Positions 51,253 to 61,572 are shown, numbered from the stretch's first letter. The stretch is DNA of 64,000 nucleotides from an uncultured Candidatus Rokubacteria bacterium (GCA_963789955.1 CAWBMV010000034.1:704001-768000), one strand, 5' to 3'. A program made the numbers and translations. Notes: generated from the sequence alone by a model not told the origin.

Positions 51253-52299
51253 GCCCCGAATCTCTCATCGAGGCGATCGAGACACCGCACAGCCTCTCGC
51301 TCTGCTTCGCGGAGGTGCCGATCCAGGTCAAGACCAACGATCCCGAGGTCCGGGCTCGGCTCGCGTCGTACTTCCGTCCCTATGTGGTCAGCGGCCGTCC
51401 GCCTCTGGCGGAAGTCAGTCTGATCCAGGGGTCTCTGCCGATCCCCGGCGAGTTCGCGGACCTGGCGCGGGAAGGAGGCCGGCGGCCGAAGGAGGCGACG
51501 CAGGAGGTCGCCGGCGGGCGCCTGATCCTCAAGCGGGCGACAGGAGTTCTGATCGGGCTCTGGCCCGGCGGCGCCTTCGCGGCCGGCGACATCCGCGCGA
51601 ATCTGAACCAGGGCATCAACCTCGTCAACAACTGTTACGCCAAGATCGTGCTCCGCCGAGGACACGCGCTGCTCCACGCCTCCGCCGTGTCGCGCGACGG
51701 GCGCACCGCGGTGCTGGCCGGTCCGCCCGGGGCGGGGAAGTCCACCTCCGCGCTCCATCTCGTCGAGGCCGGTTTCCGCTGTCTCTCGAACGATCGGGTC
51801 CTCGCCAAGCCGATGGCGGACATGGTGGAAGCGCTCGGCTATCCCAAGCAGCCCCGCGTCAACCCGGGCACGCTCCTCGGCCATCCGCGGTTATCGGCGC
51901 TGCTCGAGCCGGCCGACTGCGCCGCGCTCGCCGCGCTGCCCGCGGGTGAGCTGTGGGAGCTCGAGCGGAAATCGGACGTGGACCTCGACAGCGTCTACGG
52001 CCCCGGCACCGTCGACCTGCGCGGTCGCATGGAAGCCCTGGTGCTCTTGAAGTGGCGGCGGGACGGGCGAGGGCTCGACGTCCGCCGGCTCTCGGCCGAC
52101 GACGCGCTCGAGGCCCTGCCGCTCGTCTACAAGAACCTCGGCGCCTTCGACCTCGACCGCGCTCCCCGGTGCCGCGATGACCGACGCCGAGCGCGAAGCG
52201 TTCCGCGAGCTATTCGGTCGGGTCGCAGTGGTCGAGGTCACCGGCGGGGTCGATTTCGGCGGGCTCGTCGGCGTCGTCGACAAGCTCCTGTCCGTCTGA
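51249..52299 (+). CDS. HprK-related kinase B of the GAK system; frameshift near 52165
   Basis: LLHASAV, Walker A GPPGAGKST, LSNDR, PKQPRVNPGT. Confidence 0.85.
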
Positions 52300-52322
52300 G
52301 ACCTCTCGACTCCGCCGGGCAC

Positions 52323-52362
52323 CTGTCACCCAAGATTTACCCGTCCGTCATCGTCCCGTAAC
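52323..52362 (+). promoter_or_regulatory. Pho-box-like repeats upstream of the second phoB
   Basis: (CT)GTCAC 52325, TTTAC 52336, GTCAT 52347, GTAAC 52358 (11-bp period, four units). Confidence 0.7.
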
Positions 52363-52387
52363 CCCCTCGAGCCGACACTCCTGAGCG

Positions 52388-53176
52388 ATGGGCACCCCAC
52401 AGGAGGCCAACATCAACATGATGACCACGGATCGGCGCCGGGTTCTGCCGGGGCCCGCTCAGCCGGGCCGCCAGCGCCTCGGACGGGTGCTCCTCGTCGA
52501 GGACGAGCAGGACGTCGCCGAGCTGATCCGCTACAACCTCACGAAGGAAGGCTACGACGTATTCCTGACCGCGAACGGAAATGACGCGCTCCGTCTGGCC
52601 CGTGAGCATCGTCCCGATGTGCTCCTGCTCGACATCATGGTCCCCCAGCTGAACGGCTGGGAGGTGTGCCGCCGGCTCAAGAAGGACCCCGACCTCGCGC
52701 AGATTCCCGTGATTATGGTCAGCGGCCGCGTCGAGGAAGGTGACAAGGTCCTCGGCTTCGAGGTCGGCGCCGACGACTACGTGACCAAGCCCTTCTCGCC
52801 CCGCGAGCTGATCGCCCGGATCCGTGCCGTGCTCCGTCGGGGCCGTCCGGCGGACGCGAAGGAAAAGAAGGCCAGCCTCAAGGTCGGCGATCTGGAGATC
52901 GACCGCTACCGCTTCGAGGTTCGGATGAAGGGACGCCAGGTCGAGCTCACCCCCAAGGAGTTCGAGCTCCTGGCCACCCTGGTCGGGACGCCCGGTCGCG
53001 TGTTCGGGCGCGAGGAGCTTCTCGACATGGTCTGGGGCCGCGACGGCTTCGTCGAGCCCCGGACGGTGGACGTGCACGTGGCGCGTCTGCGCGGGAAGTT
53101 CTCCGCCGCGAAGCTCGAAGAGCCCGGAATCGAGACCGTCAGAGGTGTCGGCTACCGCTTCAAGGACAAGCCGTAA
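52388..53176 (+). CDS. phoB: Second PhoB-like response regulator
   Basis: LVEDE, LLDIMVP, GADDYVTKPFSPREL, PRTVDVHVARLR, IETVRGVGYRF; directly upstream of pstS. Confidence 0.85.
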   Translation: MGTPQEANINMMTTDRRRVLPGPAQPGRQRLGRVLLVEDEQDVAELIRYNLTKEGYDVFLTANGNDALRLAREHRPDVLLLDIMVPQLNGWEVCRRLKKDPDLAQIPVIMVSGRVEEGDKVLGFEVGADDYVTKPFSPRELIARIRAVLRRGRPADAKEKKASLKVGDLEIDRYRFEVRMKGRQVELTPKEFELLATLVGTPGRVFGREELLDMVWGRDGFVEPRTVDVHVARLRGKFSAAKLEEPGIETVRGVGYRFKDKP

Positions 53177-53181
53177 TTCTC

Positions 53182-53219
53182 GTAGCAGATTCGTAACACC
53201 ACCGAAACCTTCACGCAAC
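53182..53219 (+). promoter_or_regulatory. Pho-box-like repeats upstream of pstS
   Basis: GTAGC 53182, GTAAC 53193, GAAAC 53204, GCAAC 53215 (11-bp period). Confidence 0.6.
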
Positions 53220-53259
53220 ACCGGACTGTAACCATAGACACCGACTGAGGAGGAGAGAG

Positions 53260-54305
53260 ATGAAGACTGCGTGGATCACGGCCCTGACATTGCTCGTGAC
53301 GAGCGCGTTCGCGCAGCCGGCCGCGGCCCAGACCTTGATCAACGGCGCCGGCGCGACGTTCCCGTATCCGATCTATTCGAAGTGGTTCGACGAGTACACG
53401 AAGGTCGATCCGGAGGTGCGGTTCAACTACCAGTCGATCGGCAGCGGCGGCGGCATCAAGCAGGTGACCGCGCGCACGGTCGACTTCGGCGCGTCCGACG
53501 GGCCCATGAACGACGAGCAGCTGAAGGCGGCTGCGTCCGAGCTGCTGCACATCCCGACCGTCATCGGTGCGGTCGTCGCGACCTATAACCTGCCGGGCTC
53601 CCCGAAGCTCAAGCTCACCGGCGACGTGCTCGCGGACATCTTCCTCGGGAAGATCACGAAGTGGAACGATGCGAAGATCGCCGCGCTCAACGCCGGCGTG
53701 TCCTTGCCGGACAGCCGATCGTCGTCGTGCATCGCTCGGACGGAAGCGGCACCACCTACATCTGGGTGGACTACCTCTCGAAGATCAGCTCCGAGTGGGA
53801 GAAGAAGGTCGGCCGCGGCACGTCGGTGAACTGGCCGGTCGGGCTCGGCGGCAAGGGCAACGAAGGCGTCTCGGGCCAGGTGAAGAACCAGCCGGGCGCG
53901 ATCGGCTACGTCGAGCTCGCCTACGCGGTGAAGAACAATCTCCCGGTCGCCTCGGTGAAGAACGCGGCCGACAAGTTCGTCGCACCCTCGATCGCGTCCA
54001 CGACGGCGGCCGCGGCCGGCGCGGCCAAGAGCATGCCGGACGATTTCCGTGTCTCGCTCACGAACCCGCCCGGTGACGAGGCGTACCCGATCGCCAGCTT
54101 CACGTGGCTGCTGGTCTACAAGGACCAGCCGAACGAGCTGAAGGGACGGGCGATCGTCAAGTTCCTGTGGTGGATGAGCCACGACGGACAGAAGTACGCC
54201 GACGACCTGCTGTACGCTCCGCTGCCGACGCCGGTGGTGAAGCAGATCGAGGCCAAGATCAAGCAGATCACCTACCAGGGCAAACCTCTGCTGGCGGGCC
54301 GCTAG
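53260..54305 (+). CDS. pstS: Phosphate ABC transporter substrate-binding protein; frameshift near 53712
   Basis: [43 protein letters not shown]. Confidence 0.95.
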
Positions 54306-54311
54306 CGCCAG

Positions 54312-55282
54312 ATGGCGGTCGTCGCGGCGGTTCAGCGGGTCGAAGCGCGGGCGGCGCCGAGGAACTTCGGCGACCAGATCCTGCGCTTCGTCATGCGGGG
54401 CGCCGCGCTGACGCTCGTTCTGCTCGTCGTCGCCATGATCGTGTCGATGCTCTATGCGGCGTGGCCCGCGATGCGAGCGTTCGGCTGGCGGTTCCTGGCG
54501 TCCTCGACGTGGGATCCGGTGGCCGAGCAGTTCGGCGCGCTGCCGTTCATGTACGGCACCCTGGTCTCGTCGCTTGCTCGCGCTGCTCATCGCCGTGCCG
54601 CTCGGCGATCGGCGCGGCCATCTTTCTCGCCGAGCTCGCGCCGGCGTGGATGCGCTCGCCGATCGCCTTCCTGGTCGAGCTGCTGGCGGCGATCCCGAGC
54701 GTGGTCTACGGGCTCTGGGGCATCTTCGTCCTGGCGCCCTTCCTGCGCGGTCTGGGTGCAACCTGCCCTCGGCAAGACGTTGGGGTTCCTACCGCTCTTC
54801 CAGGGCCCGCCGCACGGCGTCGGCATGCTGGCCGCGGGTATCATCCTGGCGATCATGATCGTGCCGTACATCACGTCGGTGAGCGCGTGAGGTGCTGCTG
54901 GCCGTGCCGAACACCCAGCGCGAGGCGGCGCTCGCGCTCGGCGCGACGCGCTGGGAGACGATCGCGCATCGCGGTCCTGCCTACGGCCGTTCCGGGCTCG
55001 TCGGCGCGATCCTGCTCGGTCTCGGGCGCGCGCTCGGCGAGACGATGGCGGTGACGATGGTCATCGGCAATCGCCCCGAGGTCGCGTTGTCGCTGTTCGC
55101 GCCGGGCTACACGATGGCCAGCGTCATCGCCAACGAGTTCGCCGAGGCGACGTCCGACCTCTATCTGGCGGCGCTGATCGAGATCGGCCTGCTGCTCTTC
55201 GCCGTCACCGTTGTCGTCAACGCGCTGGCGCGGCTGCTGGTATGGTCGCGTCGGCGGCCCGGTGAAGGTGGTGCGCGAGTGA
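54312..55282 (+). CDS. pstC: Phosphate ABC transporter permease; frameshifts
   Basis: WDPV...[47 protein letters not shown]. Confidence 0.92.
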
Positions 55283-56122
55283 CACCTCGGTCGCGTCGCG
55301 TCGTGAACGTCGTGATGTCGTGGCTGGCCGCCGCGGCCGCGGGCGTCGTCGTGCTCCCGCTGCTCCTGATCTTCGCGTTCCTGCTCTGGCAGGGCGCGTC
55401 GGCGGTGAACGTCGATTTCTTCACGCATCTGCCCAAGCCGGTGGGCGAGGTGGGCGGCGGCATGGCGAACGCGATCGTCGGCACCCTGATACTCCTCGCC
55501 CTGGCCGCGATCCTCGGTCTGCCGATCGGCATCCTCGGCGGTCTCTACCTCGCCGAGTCTCGCGACCGGCGGTTACCGTGGGTGGCGCGGTTTCTGGCCG
55601 ACGTGCTCAACGGCGTGCCGTCGATCGTGGTCGGTATCTTCGCCTACACGATCATCGTGCTGCCGATGCAGCGCTTCTCGGCGCTCGCCGGCGGCGTTCG
55701 CGCTGGCGGTGATCATGCTCCCGATCGTGGTGCGCACCAGCGAGGAGCTCGTGCGGCTGGTGCCGGCCTCGCTGCGCGAAGCCGGCCTGGCGCTCGGCAT
55801 CCCAGAGTGGAAGGTGCTGTTGCGCGTCGTCCTGCGGACCGCACGCGCGGGCATCATCACCGGCGTCATGGTGGCGGTCGCGCGCGTCGCCGGGGAGACG
55901 GCGCCGCTGCTGTTCACGGCCTTCGGCAACCGCTTCTGGCATCAAGGGCTCGATCAGCCGATCGCGTCGCTGCCGCTTCAGATCTTCACGTACGCGATCG
56001 CGCCGTACGACGACTGGCACCGCCAGGCCTGGGCGGGAGCACTCGTGCTCATCGGCCTGGTATTCGTGGTGAGCTTCGCGGCCCGCGTCGCTACGCGCGG
56101 CCGCTTCACGGGGGTAAGATAA
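55279..56122 (+). CDS. pstA: Phosphate ABC transporter permease; frameshift near 55700
   Basis: [41 protein letters not shown]. Confidence 0.92.
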
Positions 56123-56125
56123 CGT

Positions 56126-56885
56126 ATGGCCGACGGGATCGTCGTCCGCGACCTCGAACGCGTGGTTCGGCAACGCGCACGTCCTGCACGGGATCGGCGT
56201 GACGTTCGCGCCGAAGGCCGTCACCGCGGTCATCGGTCCTTCCGGCTGCGGCAAGTCGACGTTCATCCGCTGCCTCAACCGCATGCACGAGGTCGTCCCC
56301 GGCGCGCGGGTGACCGGCAGCGTGCGGGTCGACGGCATGGACGTCTACGCGCCCGGCATCGATCCCGTGCAGGTCCGGCGCAAGATCGGCATGGTGTTCC
56401 AGAAGCCGAACCCGTTCCCGACCATGTCGATTTTCGACAACGTGGTGGCCGGTCTGCGGCTCGGCGGTGTCCGCGAGCGCTCGGTCCTGGACGAGGCCGC
56501 GGAACGGGCGCTCCGGCAGGCCGCGCTCTGGGACGAAGTGAAGGATCAGCTCGGCAAGTCGGGCGTGAGCCTCTCGGGCGGGCAGCAGCAGCGCGTGTGC
56601 ATCGCGCGTGCGCTGGCCGTCGAGCCCGAGGTGCTGCTGATGGACGAGCCGTGCTCGGCGCTCGATCCGATCGCGACCGCCAAGATCGAGGAGCTGATTC
56701 TCGAGCTACGGAGCACGCTCACGATCGTCATCGTCACCCACAATATGCAGCAGGCGGCGCGGGTGTCCGAGTCGACGGGCTTCTTCCTCCTCGGCGAGCT
56801 CGTCGAATTCGGCGTGACGCGACAGCTGTTCACGAATCCGCACGACAAACGGACCGAGGACTACATCACCGGCCGGTTCGGCTGA
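56126..56885 (+). CDS. pstB: Phosphate ABC transporter ATP-binding protein; frameshift near the 5' end
   Basis: [42 protein letters not shown]. Confidence 0.95.
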
Positions 56886-56899
56886 GAGCGGAGAACACT

Positions 56900-57556
56900 A
56901 TGCAGCGCCATTTTCACGAAGAGCTGGATGCCCTCAAGCAGACTCTGCTGGCCATGGGCGGCCTGGTCGAGGATCAGATCCGCCGCGTGATGCGCGCGCT
57001 CCTGGAGCGGGACAGCGATCTGGCCCAGGAGGTCATCGACCGTGACCGGCAGGTGAACGCCTACGACGTCGAGATCGACGAGAAGTGCGTGGAGCTGCTG
57101 GCGCTCCACCAGCCGGCCGCCGGCGACCTGCGATTCATCACGACCGCGATGAAGATCGTGACCGATCTGGAGCGCATCGGTGATCAGGCGGTCAACATCG
57201 CCCAGCGGACGATCGAGCTGAATCCGGAGCCCCAGCTCAAGCCGTACGTGGATCTGCCGCGAATGGCGGAGAAGGCCCAGCGGATGGTGAAGGAGAGCCT
57301 CGACGCGTTCGTCAGCCGTGACACGGAGCTCGCGCGCCGGGTCTGTGGCGAGGACGCCGACGTCGACGCGCTCAAGGAGCAGATCTTCCGGGAGCTCCTG
57401 ACCTATATGATGGAAGATCCGAAGACGATCCCCCGCGCCATCCGGCTCATCCTGGTCTCGCGCTTCCTCGAGCGCGTGGCCGACCACGCGACCAACATCG
57501 CCGAGATGGTGGTCTACCTGGTCGAGAGCAAGATGGTTCGCCACATGCTCGCGTAA
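56900..57556 (+). CDS. phoU: Phosphate signalling protein PhoU
   Basis: MQRHFHEEL, QPAAGDLRFI, DLERIGDQA, LERVADHATNIAE. Confidence 0.95.
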   Translation: MQRHFHEELDALKQTLLAMGGLVEDQIRRVMRALLERDSDLAQEVIDRDRQVNAYDVEIDEKCVELLALHQPAAGDLRFITTAMKIVTDLERIGDQAVNIAQRTIELNPEPQLKPYVDLPRMAEKAQRMVKESLDAFVSRDTELARRVCGEDADVDALKEQIFRELLTYMMEDPKTIPRAIRLILVSRFLERVADHATNIAEMVVYLVESKMVRHMLA

Positions 57557-57570
57557 CGCCGCCGCGACGC

Positions 57571-58002
57571 TCAGTCGCGCAGGACCAGAGTCGGAACCGG
57601 CGCCTCCTGGATCACGCGATCCACCACTCCCGGGCGCAGCGCGGCCGCCAGACGGTTCCGACGGCTGGTCGCGAGCGCCACCAGATCGGCGTTGAAGGCC
57701 TCGGCCTCGAGCCGGATCTCGTCCGCCGGCTCGCCGAACCGCACGACGCGTTCGACCGGGATGCCCTCGAGCTCGGCTTCCACGTGGGCGAGCTCGTCCA
57801 GACCGAGCGCCGTCAGTCGCGCCATCTCCTGATCCACGTACGCCACCGTACGACCCTCGGGGGTGACCACATGCTCCGGAACCGGGAACACTTTCAGCAG
57901 GCGGACCGTCGAGCCGGCGCCGCGCGCGAGCGCCGCGACAGTCGGAACGATCGTCGTGCTTTCCTCACTACCGTCGATAGGTGTCAAGATTCTCTTGGCC
58001 AT
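57571..58002 (-). CDS. Universal stress protein
   Basis: KRILTPIDGS, GEPADEI, ADLVAL, VIQEAPVPTLVL. Confidence 0.85.
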   Translation of the reverse strand: MAKRILTPIDGSEESTTIVPTVAALARGAGSTVRLLKVFPVPEHVVTPEGRTVAYVDQEMARLTALGLDELAHVEAELEGIPVERVVRFGEPADEIRLEAEAFNADLVALATSRRNRLAAALRPGVVDRVIQEAPVPTLVLRD

Positions 58003-58291
58003 CGTCTTCGTCCTCCCATTCCGCTTCATCATCACAGTGATTAGGAGGCCGGAGCCCGGGTCAGCGATTCTCCCGACGGGCACGCGGCAGAATCTTTTCA
58101 TCCCCGGAGGACATCTGAACATCTGCGGCGGTGTGTACCGGCGGCGGTCGTCGCGAGCGAATCCGGAAACCTCGGCACGCCCGGCCGGCCTGTTCAGTTT
58201 CTGAGCGTCGGATGGCTGTCATCCCACCATCCCTGACGCTGGCGAACCCTGCGCCGGCCTTGATTTACGGACATTTGGGCGACACCTGGCC

Positions 58292-58729
58292 GTGGTGCAT
58301 CGTTTGCACGACCATGAGGTCGTGCGCATTCTCAGGAAACGGCGTGAGACCCCGGAGGAGGCTCGGCAACGGCGGCTCTGCCGCCTGATGCTCGGGCTGC
58401 CGCCCGAGACCGTGTACCACCACGTGCGCGAAGGCGTGATCACGGTCGCCGGGCTCGGTCTCGTCCTCGTCGTGATGATCGCGTGGCGGATGGGCCAGCT
58501 CGCGACGCTCGCGCCGATTCTCTTCAGCGGGGCGCTGCTCGCGATGCTCACCCCTACAGTTCTCATGGTCCGGCGCCGTTATCGTCACGTCCTCGCCGCG
58601 GTGCTCGTGCTCGCGATGCTGCTCGGGCTGCTCGCGGCGGCGGTCCATCGCTACGGCTATCCGGCGACGCTCGCGCTCGTCGTCGGTCCGACTCCATCGG
58701 CAGTCGCCGACGCCGTCTCCCCGCGCTGA
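58292..58729 (+). CDS. Hypothetical membrane protein
   Basis: Three hydrophobic segments; fills the intergenic space; start uncertain. Confidence 0.5.
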   Translation: MVHRLHDHEVVRILRKRRETPEEARQRRLCRLMLGLPPETVYHHVREGVITVAGLGLVLVVMIAWRMGQLATLAPILFSGALLAMLTPTVLMVRRRYRHVLAAVLVLAMLLGLLAAAVHRYGYPATLALVVGPTPSAVADAVSPR

Positions 58730-58785
58730 GCCGGCAGTCCGATCGGGCTCGTCGACGGTCCGCACGCCTGTGTTAGCCTCTGGGC

Positions 58786-59839
58786 ATGTCGCCGGCCGAC
58801 CCGGATCTCGACGCTGACGCGATCGAAAGCCTCTTCGCCCGCGGCGTCACCGACGGCCTCCCGGTCGTGCCGCCGACCCGACGCCTGGTCGAGCGAGCGA
58901 TCGCGGCGTCGGGGCGCGCCGCCGACGAGCTGATCGCGCTCGTCCCGCCCAATTACGGCCGCGCGACCGTCGAGAAGATCGCGATCAACGCGGTCATGGC
59001 CGGATGCCGCCCGGAGTACCTGCCGGTCGTGCTCGCTGCGATCGACGCGATCTGTGACGAAGCGTTCGACCTGCACGGCGTGTCGGCGACGACGAACGCG
59101 CCGTCGCCGCTCGTGATCGTCAACGGCCCGATCCGCGCGGAGCTCGAGATCAACTCCGGGGCGGGCGTGTTCGGCCCGGGCTGGCGGGCCAATGCGACGA
59201 TCGGCCGGGCGGTGAGGCTGGTGTGTGTGAACCTCGGCGGGGCGAAGCCGGGCGACGTCAGCATGTCGACGCTCGCCCATCCCGGGCGCTACGCGTATTG
59301 CATCGGCGAGCACGAAGAAGAGAGTCCGTGGGAGTCGTTGGCGGTCGAGCACGGGTTCGCGTCCGACGAGAGCACCGTCGCGCTCCTCGCTGCCGACGCG
59401 CCGCTCGGTGTCTACGCGCAGCGCAGCCGTACTCCCGATGACCTCATGCCGACGATTGCCGCGAGCATGGCCGTGATCTCCCATCACCGGATGACGCACT
59501 GGGGGGACACCTTGCTGCGTGCTCTCGCCGGAACACGCGAAGATCCTCGGCGACGCCGGCTGGAAGAAGGCCGACGTTCGCCGCTGGCTCCACGAGCGAC
59601 TGCAGTGGCCGGTGCGCGAGCTCATTCCCGGGCGCGACGGAGGCGAGGGCCTGCCCGCGCACGTGCTCGGGAAGTATCGCGATCCGGATCGCGAGACCAC
59701 GCGGATCCCGAAGTTTCGCGCGCCCGAGCACATCAAGGTCATGGTCGCCGGGGGCACCGCCGGACGGTTTTCCGCGATCGTGCCGGGCTGGACGTTCTCG
59801 AAGGGCTCGAATCTCGTCTTCAGGAGGATCGACCGATGA
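58786..59839 (+). CDS. Conserved ~350-aa protein of the type found next to UGSC (seleno)proteins; frameshift near 59515
   Basis: TDGLPVVPPT, KIAINAVMAGC.PEY, RANATIGRA, E.EEESPW, VAGG.AG. Confidence 0.75.
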
Positions 59840-60354
59840 CCGAGTATCTCGATCCGACCGATTCGGTCGCCGTGCCCCGCAAGACGGCGTCACGTCCCGT
59901 GAGCCTCGACGGCAAGGTCATCACCTTGCTCGACATCTCGAAGGCGCAGGGCAATCACCTGCTGGACCGGCTCGAAGAGCTGCTGCGCGAGCGCACGGGG
60001 GCGAAGGCTATCGTCCGGAAGAAGAAGCCGACCTTCGCGCGCCCCGCGCCCGACGCGCTCCGCAAGGAGATCGTCGGCGCCACCGACGTCCTCGTCGAGG
60101 GACTCGCCGACTGAGGGTCGTGTACAACGTGCAGTGTGCACGACGGCGTGTTCTTCGAAGACAACGGTGTCCCGGTGGCGACGGTGATCTCGTCCGAGTT
60201 CGTCCGAGCCGCGCGCGCGCAGGCGGATGCGCTCGGCGCCGCCGACTATCGGACGGTCGTGGTGGCGCACCCGATTCAGCCGCTCACCCGCGAAGAGGTG
60301 AGGGCGCTCGCCGACCGCGCGTTCGACGAGATCGTCAGGAGAATCACGGCGTGA
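59836..60354 (+). CDS. UGSC-family selenoprotein (172 aa, Sec at codon 93)
   Basis: In-frame TGA at 60112-60114 gives LAD-U-GSCTTCSVHDG; the frame continues into ORF 60136..60354; hairpin directly 3' of the TGA. Confidence 0.85.
60117..60144 (+). promoter_or_regulatory. Putative bacterial SECIS hairpin
   Basis: GUCGUGUAC pairs with GUGCACGAC (9 bp, one G-U), then a bulged A, a 2-bp upper stem and apical loop GUGCA. Confidence 0.7.
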
Positions 60355-60405
60355 CGGCGCCGCGAATCCCGGCCGCGGTGGGGGCCGCGGCCGAGGACTG
60401 ACGCG

Positions 60406-61191
60406 ATGCTCGTCGGCGCGTTCGCGTGCGCCCACACGCCCCAGCTGCTGGCCCGGCCCGGGACCGAGGACCGCGACCTCGTCCTGCGCGTCCATGCGGC
60501 CTTCGCGCGGGTCAAGCGCCGGCTCGAAGCGCTCCGCGCCGACGCCATCGCGATCGTGGCCGGCGACCACGTCGAAGCGTTCTTTCTCGACGCCGTGCCG
60601 GCGCTCGCCGTCTACGTCGGCCGCGAGTGCGCGGGAACGTTCGGACACTATCGCTACCGGTTCCCGATCCACGAGCCGCTGGCGCGGGCCGTCGTCGAGC
60701 AGGGCGTCGAGCGCGGCTTCGACCTCTTCTATACGCAGCACGCGCCGCTCGACTACGCGTTCTACGTCCCGTTGCACTTCACGATGCCCGAGCCGGCGGT
60801 GCCGATCGTCCCGCTCCACGTGAACGTCTATCTCCCGCCTCAACCCACGCCGCGTCGCTGCTACGAGTGGGGCCGGGCGCTCGGCGAGATACTCCGATCG
60901 CGGCCGGAGCGAGTCGCCCTGATGGCGTCGGGCGGCATGTCCCACTTTCCGGGCACCGATCGCTACGCCTCGCCGGAGTTCGAGTACGACCGCCGGCTGC
61001 TCGAGTCGCTGAAAGCGGGACACGGTCGGGAGCTGGCGGCGATCACCGGCGAAGAGCTCGACAAGATGGGCAACATCGAGCTCAGGACCTGGGCGACCTT
61101 GCTCGGCGCCGTCGGCGACGCCAGGGCGGACGTCTACTGCTACGAGCCCTCGTGGCATCACGGCAACGCGGTCGTCGAGTGGCCGGTGTGA
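60406..61191 (+). CDS. LigB-family (class III) extradiol dioxygenase subunit
   Basis: AHTP, GDHVEAFF, SGGMSHFPG, GNIELRTW. Confidence 0.82.
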   Translation: MLVGAFACAHTPQLLARPGTEDRDLVLRVHAAFARVKRRLEALRADAIAIVAGDHVEAFFLDAVPALAVYVGRECAGTFGHYRYRFPIHEPLARAVVEQGVERGFDLFYTQHAPLDYAFYVPLHFTMPEPAVPIVPLHVNVYLPPQPTPRRCYEWGRALGEILRSRPERVALMASGGMSHFPGTDRYASPEFEYDRRLLESLKAGHGRELAAITGEELDKMGNIELRTWATLLGAVGDARADVYCYEPSWHHGNAVVEWPV

Positions 61192-61466
61192 ACGATCAGC
61201 CTCACTACCGATTCCCGCCGGCCTCGGCCTATCGGCTCAACCGCTGCCTCTTCGCGCTCAAGTCCGACGACGCGTTTCGTGCGCGGTTTCTGAAGGACGC
61301 GCCCGCCGCGATGGGCGAGCTTGAGCTCGATGCCGAGGACGCCGCGGCGGTTCTTCGGGGCGATCGCGACGCGCTCCTGGCCCGCGGGGCGCACCCGTAT
61401 CTCGTCTTCATGGCGGACCTGCGACTCCGCATGGAGCGCGAGCCCGTCTCGTTCGAGTTTTTCTAG
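61188..61466 (+). CDS. LigA-like small subunit
   Basis: YRLNRCLF.L...FRARFLKD...L..GD..ALL.RGAHPYL; GTGA overlap with the LigB-like stop. Confidence 0.72.
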   Translation: MNDQPHYRFPPASAYRLNRCLFALKSDDAFRARFLKDAPAAMGELELDAEDAAAVLRGDRDALLARGAHPYLVFMADLRLRMEREPVSFEFF

Positions 61467-61572
61467 TCTCGACCCGGCTCCCGATCTTCTCCGAGGAGGA
61501 TGCGATGGCGCCGCTGGGAGTTCCTGCTCACCGTCGCGCCGCTGCGCTTGCAGCACACGACGGGCTCGCCGG

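Noticed and set aside
50394..52361. 655-aa kinase with a long N-terminal extension
   Set aside because: The upstream part is an off-frame read of the ATP-grasp gene; the kinase starts at TTG 51249
56126..57556. PstB-PhoU fusion ORF
   Set aside because: An indel near the pstB start puts its ATG in the phoU frame; pstB ends at 56885 and phoU has its own RBS and ATG
23400..57556. Mobile genomic island or prophage
   Set aside because: No integrase, transposase, flanking tRNA or direct repeats were seen, and composition looks like the flanks
58786..60114. Single 442-aa fusion ending at TGA 60114
   Set aside because: An indel near 59515 joins two genes, and the TGA is better explained as selenocysteine
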